Numbered from the stretch's first letter, positions 8,515-18,007 are shown. The stretch is DNA of 34,082 nt from Fibrobacterota bacterium (GCA_043753995.1 JAYUVP010000353.1:1-34082); one strand, 5' to 3'. A program made the numbers and translations. Notes: a model not told the origin generated them from the letters alone.

Positions 8515-10281
8515 CTAAATCCGGGATTGATAGGTGAACAATTCGAAATATCGGCCTTGGCGGGCAATTAATTCTTCATGATTGCCCCGCTCGACTAGGC
8601 GCCCGCCTTCGACAACCAGGATTTGATCGGCGCGACGAATGGTGGAAAGTCGATGAGCAATAACGAAGGTAGTGCGTCCCTGCATGAGTCCGGCCAGACT
8701 TTGTTGAATAAGCATTTCGCTTTCCGCGTCGAGATTCGACGTCGCTTCATCGAGAAATAAAAGCTTAGGATCGGCGATCAAGGCTCGGGCCAAGGCCACA
8801 CGCTGGCGTTGGCCGCCCGAAAGCTTGACACCGCGCTCGCCGATCAAGGTTTGCAAGCCCTTTTCCAGGTTCGCCACGAAATCCCCAAGATTCGCCGACT
8901 TCACAGCCGCAGCTAATTCCTCCTCGCTCGCTTCGGGTCTTCCAAAAAGGATATTGTCGCGCAAGCTTCCTTCGAATAGAAATTCATCTTGCAGAACCAC
9001 GGCCAAGTGCTGCCTATAACTCGCCAATTTTGCCAGCGCCAAATCCACGCCATCGACAAGAATTCGGCCTTGAGTCGGGCGTAGAAACGAGGCGGCCAAA
9101 CCCGCCAAGGTGGTTTTTCCAGAACCAGAACTGCCGACCAAGGCAGTGACCGTGCCAGCCTTCGCCTCCAGGTGAATTCCATGCAAAACCTCCTTGCCTT
9201 GGTCATAGGCGAAATGCACATCCTCGAAAACCAAATGGCCGACCATAGCCTTGAATTCATGCTTGCGCTCAGGTTCACGGCCCTCCGGCTCCAGGGCAAG
9301 GATTTCTTCCATGCGATCGAGGCCCGCGAAGGCCTCGGTCAATTGCGATCCGATATTGCTCATCTGCACGATAGGAGCGACCAAAAAGCCTAGGTATAAG
9401 GTAAAGGCGACGAAATCGCCTACGGTCATGGCACCCGATAAAATGAAATGCCCGCCGAAGCCCATGATTAAAACACTAGTCACGCCTAATAATAGGGTGG
9501 CGGCGCTGGTCACCAGACTCGTCGTGGTCATGGACTTGCGCACGTTTTTGAAAAGCGTTTCGACACCCGACTCGAATACCTTCACTTCGCGATCTTCCGC
9601 ATGAAAACCTTTGATCACGCGAATGCCGCCCAGGGTTTCCGTGAGGCGTCCGGAAACTTCAGCCGTGATCTTACCCCGCTCCCGGAATATCGGGCGGATG
9701 CGGGAAAAAGCCTTGAATGACACCAAGCTGAAAAGCAGGAGTGGAAAAAGGCTGGCAAGGGTCAGCCAGGCATTGATGCGGAGAAGTAGGAAGAAAGAAA
9801 CCGAGGCCGTTAGCAAGCCTCCCAGCAATTGCACCACGCCCGTGCCCACTAGATTGCGAACGCCTTCGGGATCATTCATGATGCGCGACAGCAGCACTCC
9901 GGATTTTGTGCCGTCGAAAAATCCCACCGGCAATCCGATGACATGCTTTTGCATTTGTAATCGCAGGCGCGAAATCAAATGCTGAGCCTCCACCGACAAA
10001 AGCTGGGTTAGGATATAGGATGTCACCGCTTGAATCACGATGGCCGAAGCGACGGCAAGCAAGAGAACCTTTAGAAAGGCCATATCGCGATGCGGCAACA
10101 CATCGTCCAGAAGAAATTTGGTGGATCCGGGAAGCACCAATCCCGCCGCGCGATTGATGACGATGAGCAATAAGCCCATCAATAAAAGTTTACGGCGCGG
10201 CCATACTATGGTTGTGAAGGCACGGCGAATGGTCCGCAGGGACGGTTTTTTCTTTTTGGTACTGGGCGATATTGGGTTCAC
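8515..10281 (-). CDS. ABC exporter, fused TMD-NBD (MdlB/MsbA-like)
   Basis: TM domain, Walker A GSSGSGKT, signature LSGGQRQR, Walker B LFLDEATSNLD, and H-loop IAHRLST. Confidence 0.95.
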   Translation of the reverse strand: MNPISPSTKKKKPSLRTIRRAFTTIVWPRRKLLLMGLLLIVINRAAGLVLPGSTKFLLDDVLPHRDMAFLKVLLLAVASAIVIQAVTSYILTQLLSVEAQHLISRLRLQMQKHVIGLPVGFFDGTKSGVLLSRIMNDPEGVRNLVGTGVVQLLGGLLTASVSFFLLLRINAWLTLASLFPLLLFSLVSFKAFSRIRPIFRERGKITAEVSGRLTETLGGIRVIKGFHAEDREVKVFESGVETLFKNVRKSMTTTSLVTSAATLLLGVTSVLIMGFGGHFILSGAMTVGDFVAFTLYLGFLVAPIVQMSNIGSQLTEAFAGLDRMEEILALEPEGREPERKHEFKAMVGHLVFEDVHFAYDQGKEVLHGIHLEAKAGTVTALVGSSGSGKTTLAGLAASFLRPTQGRILVDGVDLALAKLASYRQHLAVVLQDEFLFEGSLRDNILFGRPEASEEELAAAVKSANLGDFVANLEKGLQTLIGERGVKLSGGQRQRVALARALIADPKLLFLDEATSNLDAESEMLIQQSLAGLMQGRTTFVIAHRLSTIRRADQILVVEGGRLVERGNHEELIARQGRYFELFTYQSRI

Positions 10282-10346
10282 GCCCAGAACTTAGGCATTT
10301 GCCGAGGCCGGATATGTTTCGGCGATTTCAAATCAGCAAAAACAGG

Positions 10347-10781
10347 TTACCCCTTCGCCACCTTCTCACCCTGCACGACCCATTGCCCTTCCACCACCTT
10401 GCGGAAAAAGCAAGAGCGAAAACCTTCATGGCAAGCGGCTCCGTCACCCTCTTGATCGACATGGAAAACCCAGGCGTCGCCATCGCAGTCAATAAAGACT
10501 TCGCGCACCTTTTGCAAATTGCCCGAGGTTTCGCCCTTCACCCAAAGCTTGCCTCGCGACCGCGACCAATAGCACATGACGCCCGTACGCAAGGTTTGCA
10601 GCAAGGCCTCAATATTCATATGGGCAATCATGAGTATATCGCCCTGGGCGCGATCGACGGCCACGGCCGTCATCAAACCCTTGTCATCGAATTTCGCGGA
10701 GCCCACCAAGGCAGAAACACGCTCAGGGGAAAGCGACCAGGCGAAATTCTGCACCTTGGCTTTGTCGGAGTCGATTTTCAT
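10347..10781 (-). CDS. hisI: Phosphoribosyl-AMP cyclohydrolase
   Basis: YWSRSRGKLWVKGETSGNLQ, DCDGD and ACHEGFRSCF. ATG 10781 overlaps the proA stop (ATGA). Confidence 0.95.
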   Translation of the reverse strand: MKIDSDKAKVQNFAWSLSPERVSALVGSAKFDDKGLMTAVAVDRAQGDILMIAHMNIEALLQTLRTGVMCYWSRSRGKLWVKGETSGNLQKVREVFIDCDGDAWVFHVDQEGDGAACHEGFRSCFFRKVVEGQWVVQGEKVAKG

Positions 10782-12037
10782 TGGCGAAAATGTCCTTTGC
10801 CTTCCACTATCCACTGATAAGTCGTGAGGCTGTCGAGGCCCATGGGGCCACGCGCATGCAATTTGTCGGTCGAGGTGCCGACCTCGGCACCCATGCCGTA
10901 TTCACCGCCATCGGCAAAACGCGTGGAGGCATTCACAATCACCGAACCGCTATCGACGCCTTCGATGAAAGCCTGCTGCACCTTGGGGGATTTCGCCAGC
11001 ACGGCTTCGGTGTGGCCCGTGCCATGGCGATGAATATGCGCCACAGCCTCTTTGACACCCGCGACCACTTTCACCGCCAATTTCAAATCGAGATATTCTT
11101 CGTCCCAATCGGAGGCTTGCGCGGGCTTGACGGCGCTATGCAAAGCCATGGCGGCGGCATCGCCGACGAGTTCGACTTTGTCCTTGGCAAGCCCTTCCAA
11201 AATCCCCTTTGCGACCTCGCGCTTGAGGCCTTTGTCGAGCAGCAGGGTTTCCAGGGCATTGCAGGCGCTGGGGCGCTGTACCTTGGCATTGTGCACCACG
11301 GCGCTTGCCGTCTTGGGATCGGCAGTCTTATCGACATAGATATGGCAGACGCCCTTGTAGTGCTTGATGACGGGTACGCGGGCTTTCTCGACCACGGCTT
11401 GAATCAGCCTTTCGCCGCCGCGTGGGATGACCAAGTCGAGATTACGGGTGTCGACCAAAAGATGATCGACTATGCTGCGGTCGGGATTGTTAACCAGCTG
11501 CACGGCCCTTTCCTCGACTCCGCTTTCACGCAAGGCGCGTGCAATCACGGCGCCAAAGGCCGCATTGCTTTTTGCCGCTTCCTTGCCTCCGCGCAATATC
11601 ACGGCATTGCCACTCTTGAGGCAAAGCGCCGCGCCGTCTATGGTCACATTGGGACGCGACTCGAAAATGAAAAGGATAGTGCCAATCGGCACGCTGACGC
11701 GCTTGATCTTGAGGCCGTCCTTGCGCTTGCGCTTTTCCAGCAATCGCCCCAGGGGATCGGGTAAATCCGCTATGGTTTTCACGCTTTCAATCACGCCTTG
11801 CAGGCGTTTTTCATTCAGGGTGAGGCGATCCACCATGGCCGAGTTCATGCCTTGATTCTTGGCGGCAATAACATCTTCGGCATTGGCAGCCAATATCGCT
11901 TTGGACTCGGAGGCCAAGAGCTTGGCGAGTCGTTTCAAAACGGCATTGCGTTTGGCCACGGGAAGCAGGCGCAAGCTACGGCTGGCTAGGCGGGCCTGCT
12001 CACCCAGAGAACTTGCATAAAGGGCGATTTCAGTCAT
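10778..12037 (-). CDS. proA: Gamma-glutamyl phosphate reductase
   Basis: FESRPNVT, KSGNAVILRGGKEA, IPRGGE, ACNALETLL, NASTRFADGGEYGMGAEVG and KLHARGPMGL. Confidence 0.97.
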   Translation of the reverse strand: MTEIALYASSLGEQARLASRSLRLLPVAKRNAVLKRLAKLLASESKAILAANAEDVIAAKNQGMNSAMVDRLTLNEKRLQGVIESVKTIADLPDPLGRLLEKRKRKDGLKIKRVSVPIGTILFIFESRPNVTIDGAALCLKSGNAVILRGGKEAAKSNAAFGAVIARALRESGVEERAVQLVNNPDRSIVDHLLVDTRNLDLVIPRGGERLIQAVVEKARVPVIKHYKGVCHIYVDKTADPKTASAVVHNAKVQRPSACNALETLLLDKGLKREVAKGILEGLAKDKVELVGDAAAMALHSAVKPAQASDWDEEYLDLKLAVKVVAGVKEAVAHIHRHGTGHTEAVLAKSPKVQQAFIEGVDSGSVIVNASTRFADGGEYGMGAEVGTSTDKLHARGPMGLDSLTTYQWIVEGKGHFRQ

Positions 12038-12058
12038 GACCGAAAAGTAGTTTGCGGC

Positions 12059-13207
12059 CTAGCCGTCATAAACCACCAGGCGATCGCGGTGTATGACTTC
12101 GTCCGGACCTTGGCGGCCTAATACCTCGGCAATTCGACCGCTCTTAAGGCCTTTAATTTTCCGCACTTCATCGGCGCTATAAGCCGTTCGACCGCGTCCG
12201 AGAATTTCGCCCTCTAAAGTCGCTAATTCGACGAAATCACCGGGCTGAAACTGCCCCTTCACTTCGCGAATACCCGCCGGCAATAGGCTGACCCTACCCG
12301 TGCGCACGGCCTTGGCGCCGCCCGCATCGAGTATCACCTGCCCGCGAGCCCGCGAAACATAGGCCAGCCAGCGCTTGGTGCGCTTGATGCTATTCAGCTT
12401 GGGCATAAACAAGGTGCCATTCACCTCGCCTTGGACAATGTCGCCCAATTGCACGCGCCATCCTCGAGCCAAAACGCAAGGAGTTCCCGCCTCGGTGGCT
12501 TGGCGAATAGCGACCAGCTTGGCCTTCATGCCGCCCACGGAAACACGAGAGCCGGGCTTTTCCTCCGCCAAGGCCATGATTTCCGGCGTCACCCGCTCCA
12601 CGAGATCGAGGCGCTTGGCATTGGCATGCGACTTGGGATTCTTATCGAAAAGCCCCTCTTCGTCGGAAAGAATGACCAGCAAATCGGCTTCGAGGAAATG
12701 CGCGACATCCGCCGATAACTTGTCATTATCACCCACCTTGATCTCATCGGTGGTGATGGTGTCATTTTCATTAATGATGGGAATCACGCCTTTGCCAAGC
12801 AAGGTCGACACAGTATGACGAATATTGTTGAAGCGTGTCTTATCGCGAAAGTCTTCGGCCGACAAAAGGATTTGCGCCACCGCTCGCCCGCGCGCACCGA
12901 ATAGCTCGGAATAGCGGTGCATGAGGCGAATTTGCCCAATGGCGGCGCAGGCCTGTTTTTCCGCCAACTCGGTGGGACGCAGGGTATAACCCAAGACACC
13001 CATGCCCAAACCCACCGCCCCCGAAGTCACCAGCACCACGGCCAAGCCCCGATCTTGCAGACCGGTAATTTGCTCAACCAGGTGAGCCATGGAGGGTTCG
13101 GAAAGGCTATTGTCGTCATTGGTGAGTATGCGCGTTCCCACCTTGACTACCACGGTTTTCAGGTTGTCGAATAATTTTACGCGCCGATCAGAAGAAGCAG
13201 GAGCCAT
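12059..13207 (-). CDS. proB: Glutamate 5-kinase with PUA domain
   Basis: VVVKVGT, VTSGAVGLG, IPIINENDT, GDNDKLSA, GGMKAKL, and PUA SLLPAGI...IHRD. Confidence 0.97.
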   Translation of the reverse strand: MAPASSDRRVKLFDNLKTVVVKVGTRILTNDDNSLSEPSMAHLVEQITGLQDRGLAVVLVTSGAVGLGMGVLGYTLRPTELAEKQACAAIGQIRLMHRYSELFGARGRAVAQILLSAEDFRDKTRFNNIRHTVSTLLGKGVIPIINENDTITTDEIKVGDNDKLSADVAHFLEADLLVILSDEEGLFDKNPKSHANAKRLDLVERVTPEIMALAEEKPGSRVSVGGMKAKLVAIRQATEAGTPCVLARGWRVQLGDIVQGEVNGTLFMPKLNSIKRTKRWLAYVSRARGQVILDAGGAKAVRTGRVSLLPAGIREVKGQFQPGDFVELATLEGEILGRGRTAYSADEVRKIKGLKSGRIAEVLGRQGPDEVIHRDRLVVYDG

Positions 13208-13243
13208 AGTCCACCAAAGTTAGCAGGAATACAGGTTTTGGCT

Positions 13244-13795
13244 TTAAGGCAAATGATCCAATTCATGAAGCAGTTTTTCATAGCGCACCTTTTCCCGCTG
13301 CAAGCCATCCACCTCGCCCTGTAGCTCGGTCACCCGCTTTTCCATGGCTTCGAACCGCCCCAGGGCGGCTTTGTCTCCTGCAGCAAGCGCCGATTCCCTG
13401 CAGGGGTGGGGCTTGGTCTCAAGGGTGAACAATAAGACTTCGGCAAGGGCCTCACGTTGGCCGCCACCCCATTGGCCGCGGCGAAATTTCAGCCAGGCCA
13501 CCGCGCTGTCCAGGTGACCCAAATAAACCAGGCTGACGGCCTTCCAATAGGCTCCGGCTTTTCGCTGGGCGGGAGAATCCAATTCCATCATTTGATCAGA
13601 TAATCGCAAGGCCTGCTGGGCATCTCCTGCGCGAAGCAGCATGACCACTTTACGCTCTTCATCATTCCCTTCTGCCGAACGCGCCACCGCGGAGGAAAAT
13701 TTTCTCTCCGCTGGCCGCTCGCCCGCACAGCCGGACAAGCCCATGCCAACCAAGCCCATAGCAACAAGCCAAGGCCAGGCCCACCGGATTTTCAC
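13244..13795 (-). CDS. Alpha-helical lipoprotein with C-terminal coiled coil
   Basis: Lipobox LSG-C, TPR-like helices (AYWKAVSLVYLG), and heptad-rich C-terminus. GTG start overlaps the upstream TGA. Confidence 0.75.
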   Translation of the reverse strand: MKIRWAWPWLVAMGLVGMGLSGCAGERPAERKFSSAVARSAEGNDEERKVVMLLRAGDAQQALRLSDQMMELDSPAQRKAGAYWKAVSLVYLGHLDSAVAWLKFRRGQWGGGQREALAEVLLFTLETKPHPCRESALAAGDKAALGRFEAMEKRVTELQGEVDGLQREKVRYEKLLHELDHLP

Positions 13796-15123
13796 CAGGC
13801 TCTCCGCACCACTTGGCTGGACCGGGCCAGGTCAATCATTTGATCTTGATCCGAGGTGTAATTCGATGTGACTAATTCCTTGATTTCCTTGAGTTGCTGG
13901 GTCACTAAGAAAATGCGCCTGACCTCGGTGACTATGGTTTCCAGTTTATCCTTGACTCCTTCGTCCTTGTTGTTCAATACGGTCAGCAAGTATTCGGCAT
14001 TACCGCTGATGATCATCAGAGGATTATTGATTTCATGATTCACGCTGCGAACTAATTGTTGAATGGCGTCAAGACGTTTCAGACGCATATCATTTTCGCG
14101 CGAGCGCGATAACTTGTCCGCCATGGTATTGAAGACATCCGCCAAATCGCCGATTTCGCTTCGGCTGCGCACTTGCACGCGAAAATCGAGAAATCCCCGA
14201 CCTATTTGCACCGCACCATTTTCAAGCAGGCTAAGCGGTCCGAGAATTTTCCACTGCAGGATATAGGCGACATAGGCCAGCATCAAGGTCAATAAGACCA
14301 TGGAATAAAGCAAGCGATGTTTGGCGCGCGTGATGGTGGCCCGCAAGCTTTGCTGCTTGTCCATACGCTCCTGGCGCAATTCTGCTTGAATATCCTGCAA
14401 GCCTTCGCGTAAGCGACCTTCGAGAGCCTTAAACGCGTCAGATGCCTTGGCATCACGCACCTTATTTCGTCGCTCCAAGGATTCCAATCCCATTTGGGCC
14501 TGCACCTTTTCCGCCTTGGCTTTGAGCCACTCTGGGTTAGGGGGCCGCTTTGCCTCTCGCTTGATCTTGGACCCTCCCCGCTTGGCTCCGACTTTCGCCC
14601 CCGGTCGCGTTTTACGCGTAAGTTTGGACGAGGTCGGCTCCTTGAGTGCCGCTCGGGACGGCTCGGTGGGCATGGGCTTCACTACGCGGGCCAGCAACTC
14701 CTCTTTCACCTTTTCGCTATTGCGCCATTCCCAAGCAAATGCCTGGGCGCGCGTTAAATACTCTGCATTAATGACATGGTATTCCTTCAGGCGATCGAGC
14801 GAGTGGGAATAGCCCAGCGAGGACAAGTCGCGAATGCTGGCATAGCTGCTTTCGAAACTCTCGGCGGCCGAGATAAAGCCTTCGAGATAACCTTCCTTGG
14901 AAAGAGTCATGAACTTGGTGCGCTCACGCGCCGCAGTAGCCACGTGATTCGACCATTCCGTGACGCGATCGGAAATTTCCGTGGAGCCATTCAAGGTTCT
15001 TGTTTTGCCGGTAATCGAAGAGATTTCGCGGAAAAGCAGGACCCATAAGCCCAAAATGAGAATGAAGAGGCCAAGCAAAACCGCGGGCAATTGAAAGCGC
15101 AAGCTGTGAAAAAAGCGATTCAT
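13792..15123 (-). CDS. Membrane sensor with HAMP and HisKA (DHp) domains but no HATPase domain
   Basis: Two TMs, HAMP (PLSLLENGAVQIGRG...SEIGDLADVFNTMA), H-box VNHEINNPL, stop about 80 aa later. Start at 15123 (ATG) or 15141 (GTG). Confidence 0.8.
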   Translation of the reverse strand: MNRFFHSLRFQLPAVLLGLFILILGLWVLLFREISSITGKTRTLNGSTEISDRVTEWSNHVATAARERTKFMTLSKEGYLEGFISAAESFESSYASIRDLSSLGYSHSLDRLKEYHVINAEYLTRAQAFAWEWRNSEKVKEELLARVVKPMPTEPSRAALKEPTSSKLTRKTRPGAKVGAKRGGSKIKREAKRPPNPEWLKAKAEKVQAQMGLESLERRNKVRDAKASDAFKALEGRLREGLQDIQAELRQERMDKQQSLRATITRAKHRLLYSMVLLTLMLAYVAYILQWKILGPLSLLENGAVQIGRGFLDFRVQVRSRSEIGDLADVFNTMADKLSRSRENDMRLKRLDAIQQLVRSVNHEINNPLMIISGNAEYLLTVLNNKDEGVKDKLETIVTEVRRIFLVTQQLKEIKELVTSNYTSDQDQMIDLARSSQVVRRAW

Positions 15124-15152
15124 ACGCGTGATGCCACGCACAGGACTCTCAT
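15120..15152 (-). CDS. Candidate 10-aa upstream ORF (MRVLCVASRV)
   Basis: GGGAGG 5 nt before ATG 15152. Its TGA overlaps the sensor ATG (ATGA). Confidence 0.3.
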   Translation of the reverse strand: MRVLCVASRV

Positions 15153-15188
15153 CTCCGCCTCCCTAATTTCCTCATCATAGGCGGTGGC

Positions 15189-16802
15189 ATGACGACTCCT
15201 CAATCATGGCGGATGGGTACTTTCGGGATAGCCTTACTCGGTGGCTTTGAGATTTTCGCGGCTCAAGCCCCGAAGGAGGACATGATCTCCCTTCCATCGG
15301 CGACAACACACTCATTCCAGGGATCCGACCTCGATTCGATTTGGCTTGAACTCGCTGATTCCACCGGTTGGGATGACCATGCCCTGGGGGCCTTGGGACC
15401 GGCCTGGCAAGCCATACCTCAAGAAACCCCAGAAGCGCAGGTCGCTTCACCCAACTGGCATTGGTCCTGGCGCGGGCAAAGGCCCGCCTCGCCCGGCTTT
15501 GAGAGTTCGAATCAGCCCTGGCGCCAAGGCTGGCAAGCCCAAACAGCGAGTTTGAACTTTTCCACGGAATGGAAAGGCGATTCGGTGATGGCTCGTCAAG
15601 CCCGATGGCAAAAGGGCGACTATCGCCTCACTCTGGGTGACTTGTCCAGCACTTCCGGCCAAGGCGAATTGAAATTTTTACTCGGTCGAGGCATGCCTCG
15701 ATCCTGGTCTCCGGCGCGCGTGGAAACTGGCCCCATGCAAGCCCTCGCTTTTAGCCGACAGCGTGCCTTGAATGGCTTTTCCTTGGAAGGTTCGCAGGGG
15801 AAAATCCGCTATCAAGCCTTGGGATCCTGGCAGCGATTGCAATTTCGCGGCTCAAGTTCCGCTCCGGTGCAAGACGCCGGTTTAGTGGGTTTGACTTGGA
15901 GCCAAAGCGGCGGCTCTCGCCGCTGGAGCGGAGCCACTCTGGCTTATCGCCTAGAGCAAGATCAAACCCTGCAGGGAGCCAGCTTGGCCCAGGGGTTGGC
16001 ATATACGGATCGCGACCGGGGGTGGACTATGGCCCTGGGTGGACTGGGTCACCGTAACATGCAAGGCACCTGGAAGGCCGATGCCCTGGCGCAAACGGAT
16101 TGGCTACGCCGCTCCGGTGACTCCCTGGAAATGGGCGCTCACCTCCGATGGGCCGGCCAGGATTGGATTTGGCCATGGACTCCCCAACCGGCCTCGCGGT
16201 ATAGCCCCACCCAGGAGGACAGTCTTTTCCCCGCCCCCGCGCGAGGCCGCACCGATGTGGGAGGTCGACTCGGCTTGCCTCTGGCTTTTGGATTCGCTTG
16301 GCGCGCCCAGGTCGGCGCCATTTGGAATGGCCAGGACAACTGGGAAGAGGCCCATGCCTTGAATACTCTCGCTTGGTCTTCCAACTCGTGGACTTTGCGC
16401 TTCAGCGCCTTGGGAGCCTTGTCTTGGCCAGCCCGGTCTGCGCAACCCGTTCAAGGCATGCGCTGGCGGCAAGACGCCGCTTGGACGGGCAAGCACCTTC
16501 AATTACGCAGTCATGTGCAATGGGGTTCGCTGCGCGGAATGGCTTGGGATGAAAGCCCGCTGACTTGGTCGCTGGATTCACGCCTTCCCAGCGCCGTGCT
16601 CCGCAGTTGGAATTGCCGCCTGGGATTTGCGGGCGATGGGCGGCAACCCAAGGGCATCACGACTCGTTTCGAGGTGGAACACCGCCGCAGCCGGCGCGGA
16701 TGGTTACGCCTTGCCGCTTGGGCCAAGCCCAGTCACGATCAATGGCTGGTGGGACTAAGCCTGGGATTGGCGACCGAAGGGTCTAGCCAAAACTATCCCT
16801 GA
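15189..16802 (+). CDS. Hypothetical protein, probable outer-membrane beta-barrel
   Basis: Signal-like N-terminus (start could be ATG 15213). Trp/Gly/Arg-rich amphipathic strands. GDYRLTLGD...GQG segment. Confidence 0.55.
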   Translation: MTTPQSWRMGTFGIALLGGFEIFAAQAPKEDMISLPSATTHSFQGSDLDSIWLELADSTGWDDHALGALGPAWQAIPQETPEAQVASPNWHWSWRGQRPASPGFESSNQPWRQGWQAQTASLNFSTEWKGDSVMARQARWQKGDYRLTLGDLSSTSGQGELKFLLGRGMPRSWSPARVETGPMQALAFSRQRALNGFSLEGSQGKIRYQALGSWQRLQFRGSSSAPVQDAGLVGLTWSQSGGSRRWSGATLAYRLEQDQTLQGASLAQGLAYTDRDRGWTMALGGLGHRNMQGTWKADALAQTDWLRRSGDSLEMGAHLRWAGQDWIWPWTPQPASRYSPTQEDSLFPAPARGRTDVGGRLGLPLAFGFAWRAQVGAIWNGQDNWEEAHALNTLAWSSNSWTLRFSALGALSWPARSAQPVQGMRWRQDAAWTGKHLQLRSHVQWGSLRGMAWDESPLTWSLDSRLPSAVLRSWNCRLGFAGDGRQPKGITTRFEVEHRRSRRGWLRLAAWAKPSHDQWLVGLSLGLATEGSSQNYP

Positions 16803-17740
16803 GCCTTGCGCACGATCAGAGCATAGGAGGTTGCCACGAAGCGGTCCAATTGCAATTTGAGATGTATGTCATGAGTGTAAGGAGGTTTCTGTATATGCTT
16901 GTCAGCCAATTCCTCGCCTAGCGTGAAGCTTATTTCCATGGCATGTCCCTCTCGCCGTAATTCTGCCGCCAAACCTTCGATATCGCATCGACGATAGAGA
17001 ACTACAGGTCCCGAATCAAGGGTGTCGCCATTCGAAGAGCAATTGTATTCGGTGGTATGCACGGCGATACCGCCAGGAACCAGGCATTTTAAACTCTCCC
17101 GCACAAAGCGCAATCCTGCGGCGAGATCGCCTAAATGTTCCATGGAGCAAGACGACCAAAGAAAATCGAAGCCGGTCAAATCGGATGGCAAATGCCGCAT
17201 ATCCACGGGGCGAAAGGACACTCTTTCGTGAAAGGATTCGGGAGGGCAAATGCCGCGCAAATTGAGGGCGTCCAATTCGGCGCAATGTTGGTGGGTACGA
17301 ATCCATCCGGCGTCCGTGGCCCCATCGGTGGGCATATCCGTGGCGAATATTTTGCATCCCATCGAAGCGAAAAGCGCGGGCAATCCCTCCCGGCCCACGG
17401 CGAAACCCAAGCCGCGTTTGCCTTCGGCAATGCAGCCGCGCTCATGCAAGGCTTGGCAAATAAAGGCCCATTCCCAATCCTTGCGATGAAAACGAAGCTG
17501 ATGAATTTTCAGCTGATTGCGCCACCCAACGAATTCCCGGGAACTTAATTGTTTCTGCGTGCAAGGGGCCGAGACCAGGGGAGATGTCGCGCCGGTTGGC
17601 AGCTCTTTATAGGGGGCGTCGGGATGGCCGGCAGGTAACCAAGGCAAGGTCGGCATTGCCGATTTCGAATTGGTTTTCGCAATTTCTGTTTGAATTTCGG
17701 GTTTGGGAGCAAACCGCGAATCTGGTAAGGTGACGCGCAT
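16793..17740 (-). CDS. Class I SAM-dependent methyltransferase
   Basis: HRKDWEWAFI, RGLGFAVGRE, ATD, VDMR, FDFLWSSCSMEHLG and LVPGGIAVHTTE. ATG 17740 has GGAGG upstream. Confidence 0.8.
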   Translation of the reverse strand: MRVTLPDSRFAPKPEIQTEIAKTNSKSAMPTLPWLPAGHPDAPYKELPTGATSPLVSAPCTQKQLSSREFVGWRNQLKIHQLRFHRKDWEWAFICQALHERGCIAEGKRGLGFAVGREGLPALFASMGCKIFATDMPTDGATDAGWIRTHQHCAELDALNLRGICPPESFHERVSFRPVDMRHLPSDLTGFDFLWSSCSMEHLGDLAAGLRFVRESLKCLVPGGIAVHTTEYNCSSNGDTLDSGPVVLYRRCDIEGLAAELRREGHAMEISFTLGEELADKHIQKPPYTHDIHLKLQLDRFVATSYALIVRKAQG

Positions 17741-17911
17741 AAATCCAATTCCTCCACGCGATATTACCATAAATTCCGTGGGATTTGCCCTTGTGCGCCA
17801 TTGGCCTTGACGCGAAGCCCCTAGCGGCATTACCCTTGTGATATGCATCGCTCTTTGAGCCAAGCCCCAACCCTAAAACTCGCCCTTCGCGCACCGAAGG
17901 CGTGCTGGCGT

Positions 17912-18007
17912 ATGGTTGTTTTGACTCAAGGCGCCGTTGTATCGGCTATTTCGTCCACTGCGTCGGGTCGCAAACATGCGGCAGGCAAAGGAGACGGGCC
18001 CCTTTAA
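17912..18007 (+). CDS. Candidate leader peptide (31 aa)
   Basis: ATG GTT GTT TTG ... CCC CTT TAA. The stop lies within the putative antiterminator arm. RBS is weak. Confidence 0.3.
   Translation: MVVLTQGAVVSAISSTASGRKHAAGKGDGPL

Noticed and set aside
10781..11764. 327-aa plus-strand ORF
   Set aside because: Antisense shadow of proA with no recognisable motifs.
17765..17800. GCACAAGGGCAAA on the minus strand, resembling the start of a c-di-GMP-I riboswitch
   Set aside because: No GAAA-capped P2, no following GACGCAAA, and no tetraloop receptor.
17928..17945. CAACGGCGC on the minus strand, resembling the SAH riboswitch 3' element
   Set aside because: The upstream GAGGAGCGCUGC and CCAGGCUC elements are absent.
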